From NCBI RefSeq assembly GCF_009914755.1, contig NC_060940.1: a stretch of 64,000 bases of DNA. One strand, given 5' to 3'. Of this stretch, positions 61,331 to 64,000 are shown one piece after another. The notes beneath the pieces were generated by a model. It was not told the origin of the DNA and ran no database searches. It worked only from the letters and a program-made list of their open reading frames with translations. The DNA is from the human T2T-CHM13v2.0 reference genome, Homo sapiens. Made by a program: the position numbers and the translations under genes. The number at the start of each line of letters is the position of its first letter. The first letter of the stretch is position 1.

Positions 61331-62331
61331 TAACATGACTGGTCTGTTAGACCCATCTACCTTCTATTACTTTAATGACAAATTTTCAATAGAATGTAGT
61401 AAATATAAAACTTTCGTTTACACTGTGTAATCTTTCAGTTACTATTCCAGCACGTAGTTCACAAAATAAAATTTTGAATGTAAGCAACATATATTTGACT
61501 TGTGCCTGTATCATTTACTAGTTGTGACGTCCTGCACAATTACTAGTTGTAAGCCTTCTTACCAAGCTGAAAGATAAGGCTTCCCTCACAAATATTTTAA
61601 ATAGCAAAAGGGACAATATTTCCTTTGTAAATCACTTAGCACATTAAAAGATCTAAAAAAAAAAGTTAGTTCTCTTTCCCTCCAATTTTAAACTTCTGTA
61701 ACTGTAGAAATAAGTAATTTGTCACATGCATGTTTTGAGGCAATATCTGAAGTCCTCTGATCTCTGTATGTTAAGTGACAAACACTTTGAATGAGTGCAT
61801 GCTGTAATCTGTTGCTACCAGAGCTGCAAAATGACAAAATTCAATTGAGTTTTGCAATGTGTTTTCTTTTCCAGATGTGTATTGGAAGCCTAATGAAGTC
61901 TGTTTGTCTTGCTTCCAAAACTCAGTATGTTGGCAGGAATGACTGACAGGATTTTGTTGAAGAAAAAAGATTGTCATATGGTGATCAGGAACAGGCACAA
62001 ATCTATAAAACAAAATAACATCCTAATTCCATTAGATGCACTATTCTGTAGCATAATGTTTAATTGGTTTCAATTTAACAGAGATTCATGTTGAACTGCA
62101 CTCTGGACAATCAGAGATGTTGATGGCCATATGCTGAATTCCTCAAGGTGCAGTGAGAGGGGCTTGTGTGCTTGTTAAGGACATGGCAGGCCATCAACAA
62201 CATATGTATTGGATGGCTTCATAACACACATGCTTTCGGGGGGAATAATATGGGAACATCATAGTCTGAAAGGAATTTGTATCTTCTTTTGTACAAATGG
62301 AAAGATCATAGGTTTGTATTAAAATTTACTA

Positions 62332-62739
<408 letters not shown>

Positions 62740-62844
62740 TTACACATTTTGTCCATCTTTGGGATAGATGTAAAGTGTGATGAGTGGTAATTAACTGTTT
62801 ATTCAGAAATCAGAAATCATCACAGCATCATCAATATTATTATG

Positions 62845-63065
62845 AATTTCAAGTCATTATTTACTTAATTGATGCCAGTTGGTCTGATGACCATTTCATT
62901 TGCATGATTGTATTTAATCCTCACAACATTCCTATGATATCTTTATACACATATTACAGATCAAGGCACTAATACTTAGAAAAATTAAGCAGTTTCCTCA
63001 AGGTTTCTGATGATAGAAATATCACCAGAAATAGATGACAAAAACCTGGCTTTTGACCCCAACTC
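62845..63065 (-). mobile_element. MIR
   Basis: tatttaatcctcacaaca...tacagatcaaggcact...aattaagcagtttcctcaagg. Confidence 0.7.
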
Positions 63066-63334
63066 TATAGTGTTAAGTCCTCGTCTGTCTTTCATGTGAA
63101 TAAAGTGAAGGAAATACAGGTGTTGAGGAATACCACGGAGAATATGATGTAAGTTGAACAAGTCAATATCATCCTTTTGTATCTGGACTATGGCTCTTAA
63201 AGAGATGTGAAAAATATTTGCCTAGTGAGATAAATTTGTGTTTGTTTCTCATGTAAATTAAAGCCAAGACTTGCATGGTGCTCCATGGTCATGAGAGTTC
63301 ATTAGAATCACAGCTTTCAACTCAGACATCTCTT

Positions 63335-63560
63335 GTTACCTCTTGGCCTTACAATCCAAAATAGCTTCCAGCACACCAGCCACCAGATTCCGGGTCCAGA
63401 TAGCAGCGTAGAGAAAAAAATATAAAGAAATACCTATCATCTTATTTTTGAATATTCTTGATGGCTGTGTCTCACAAAACTTCTGGAGATCTCTTTCTTG
63501 GGAGCACATGGCCTCACCTACCTGCAAGAACCATTGGGAAACATACCCTGTTATATGGAC
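63335..63560 (-). mobile_element. Old MLT1 LTR fragment
   Basis: ccaaaatagcttccagcacaccagcc...cacatggcctcacctacctgcaag...tgggaaa. Confidence 0.55.
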
Positions 63561-64000
63561 AGCAATGCACCAAGTTGAAAAGGGTGACCATAATCAAAGC
63601 TGAAGGAGAGAATAGCTACTATATACCACCAGCCATAGATGCCACAGATTCTAAAGAAACTATTCCAAGAAATTAATTCAAAATTATTTTCATTTCAAAA
63701 GACAACTTGGAAAATATTAATGTCTGTATATTATTGATCATCTGGATGGCTAGTTATGAACAAAATATTTCCATAAAACTTTAGGACTCACATTTGCATT
63801 ACAGTTTATACAACTGTCAGGAACAACACGGTTTTAATTGTTAATCATTAATGAAGAAAGAACTGTGGAAATTCTATAGTACATTAGTAACATGCATGTG
63901 CCAAATGAAGGTCACATTACATCCTTCAGAGAGAAATGATCACAGATTTGATTCCCACAGCATATGTGGCAGAATTGACAATTTCAATTGCAAAAGCTCC

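Overview
Primate (most likely human or great-ape) AT-rich, CpG-poor non-coding genomic DNA, either intergenic or deep intronic. I see no cellular protein-coding gene, RNA gene, CpG island or CRISPR array. The listed ORFs are L1 or Alu fragments, microsatellite translations or chance ORFs. The window is dominated by transposable-element fossils: about 12 Alus (J, S and Y), solo LTRs (MER39-, MER21-, MER77-, MER66-, LTR26/45-, LTR16-like, MSTA, MLT1), DNA transposons (Tigger1, Charlie1a, MER5, MER58, MER63) and many MIR/L2 remnants. Three structures stand out. (1) An ~8 kb nest (15483-23552): an old L1MA with its 5' end, an internal ~1.7 kb deletion and a 3' end replaced by a ~490-bp polypurine tract hosts a 5'-inverted (twin-primed) L1PA with a perfect 18-bp TSD. 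(2) A Charlie1a fossil (~39635-43292) split by five nested retroelements plus an unexplained 37-bp hairpin insertion with an 11-bp duplication. (3) A head-to-head inverted Alu pair only 32 bp apart (55273-55889). Several repeat-free stretches carry nuclear-receptor, octamer or homeobox motif clusters and are candidate enhancers. Family names come from my recall of consensus sequences and need RepeatMasker/Dfam confirmation. I find no support for a previously undescribed biological system here.
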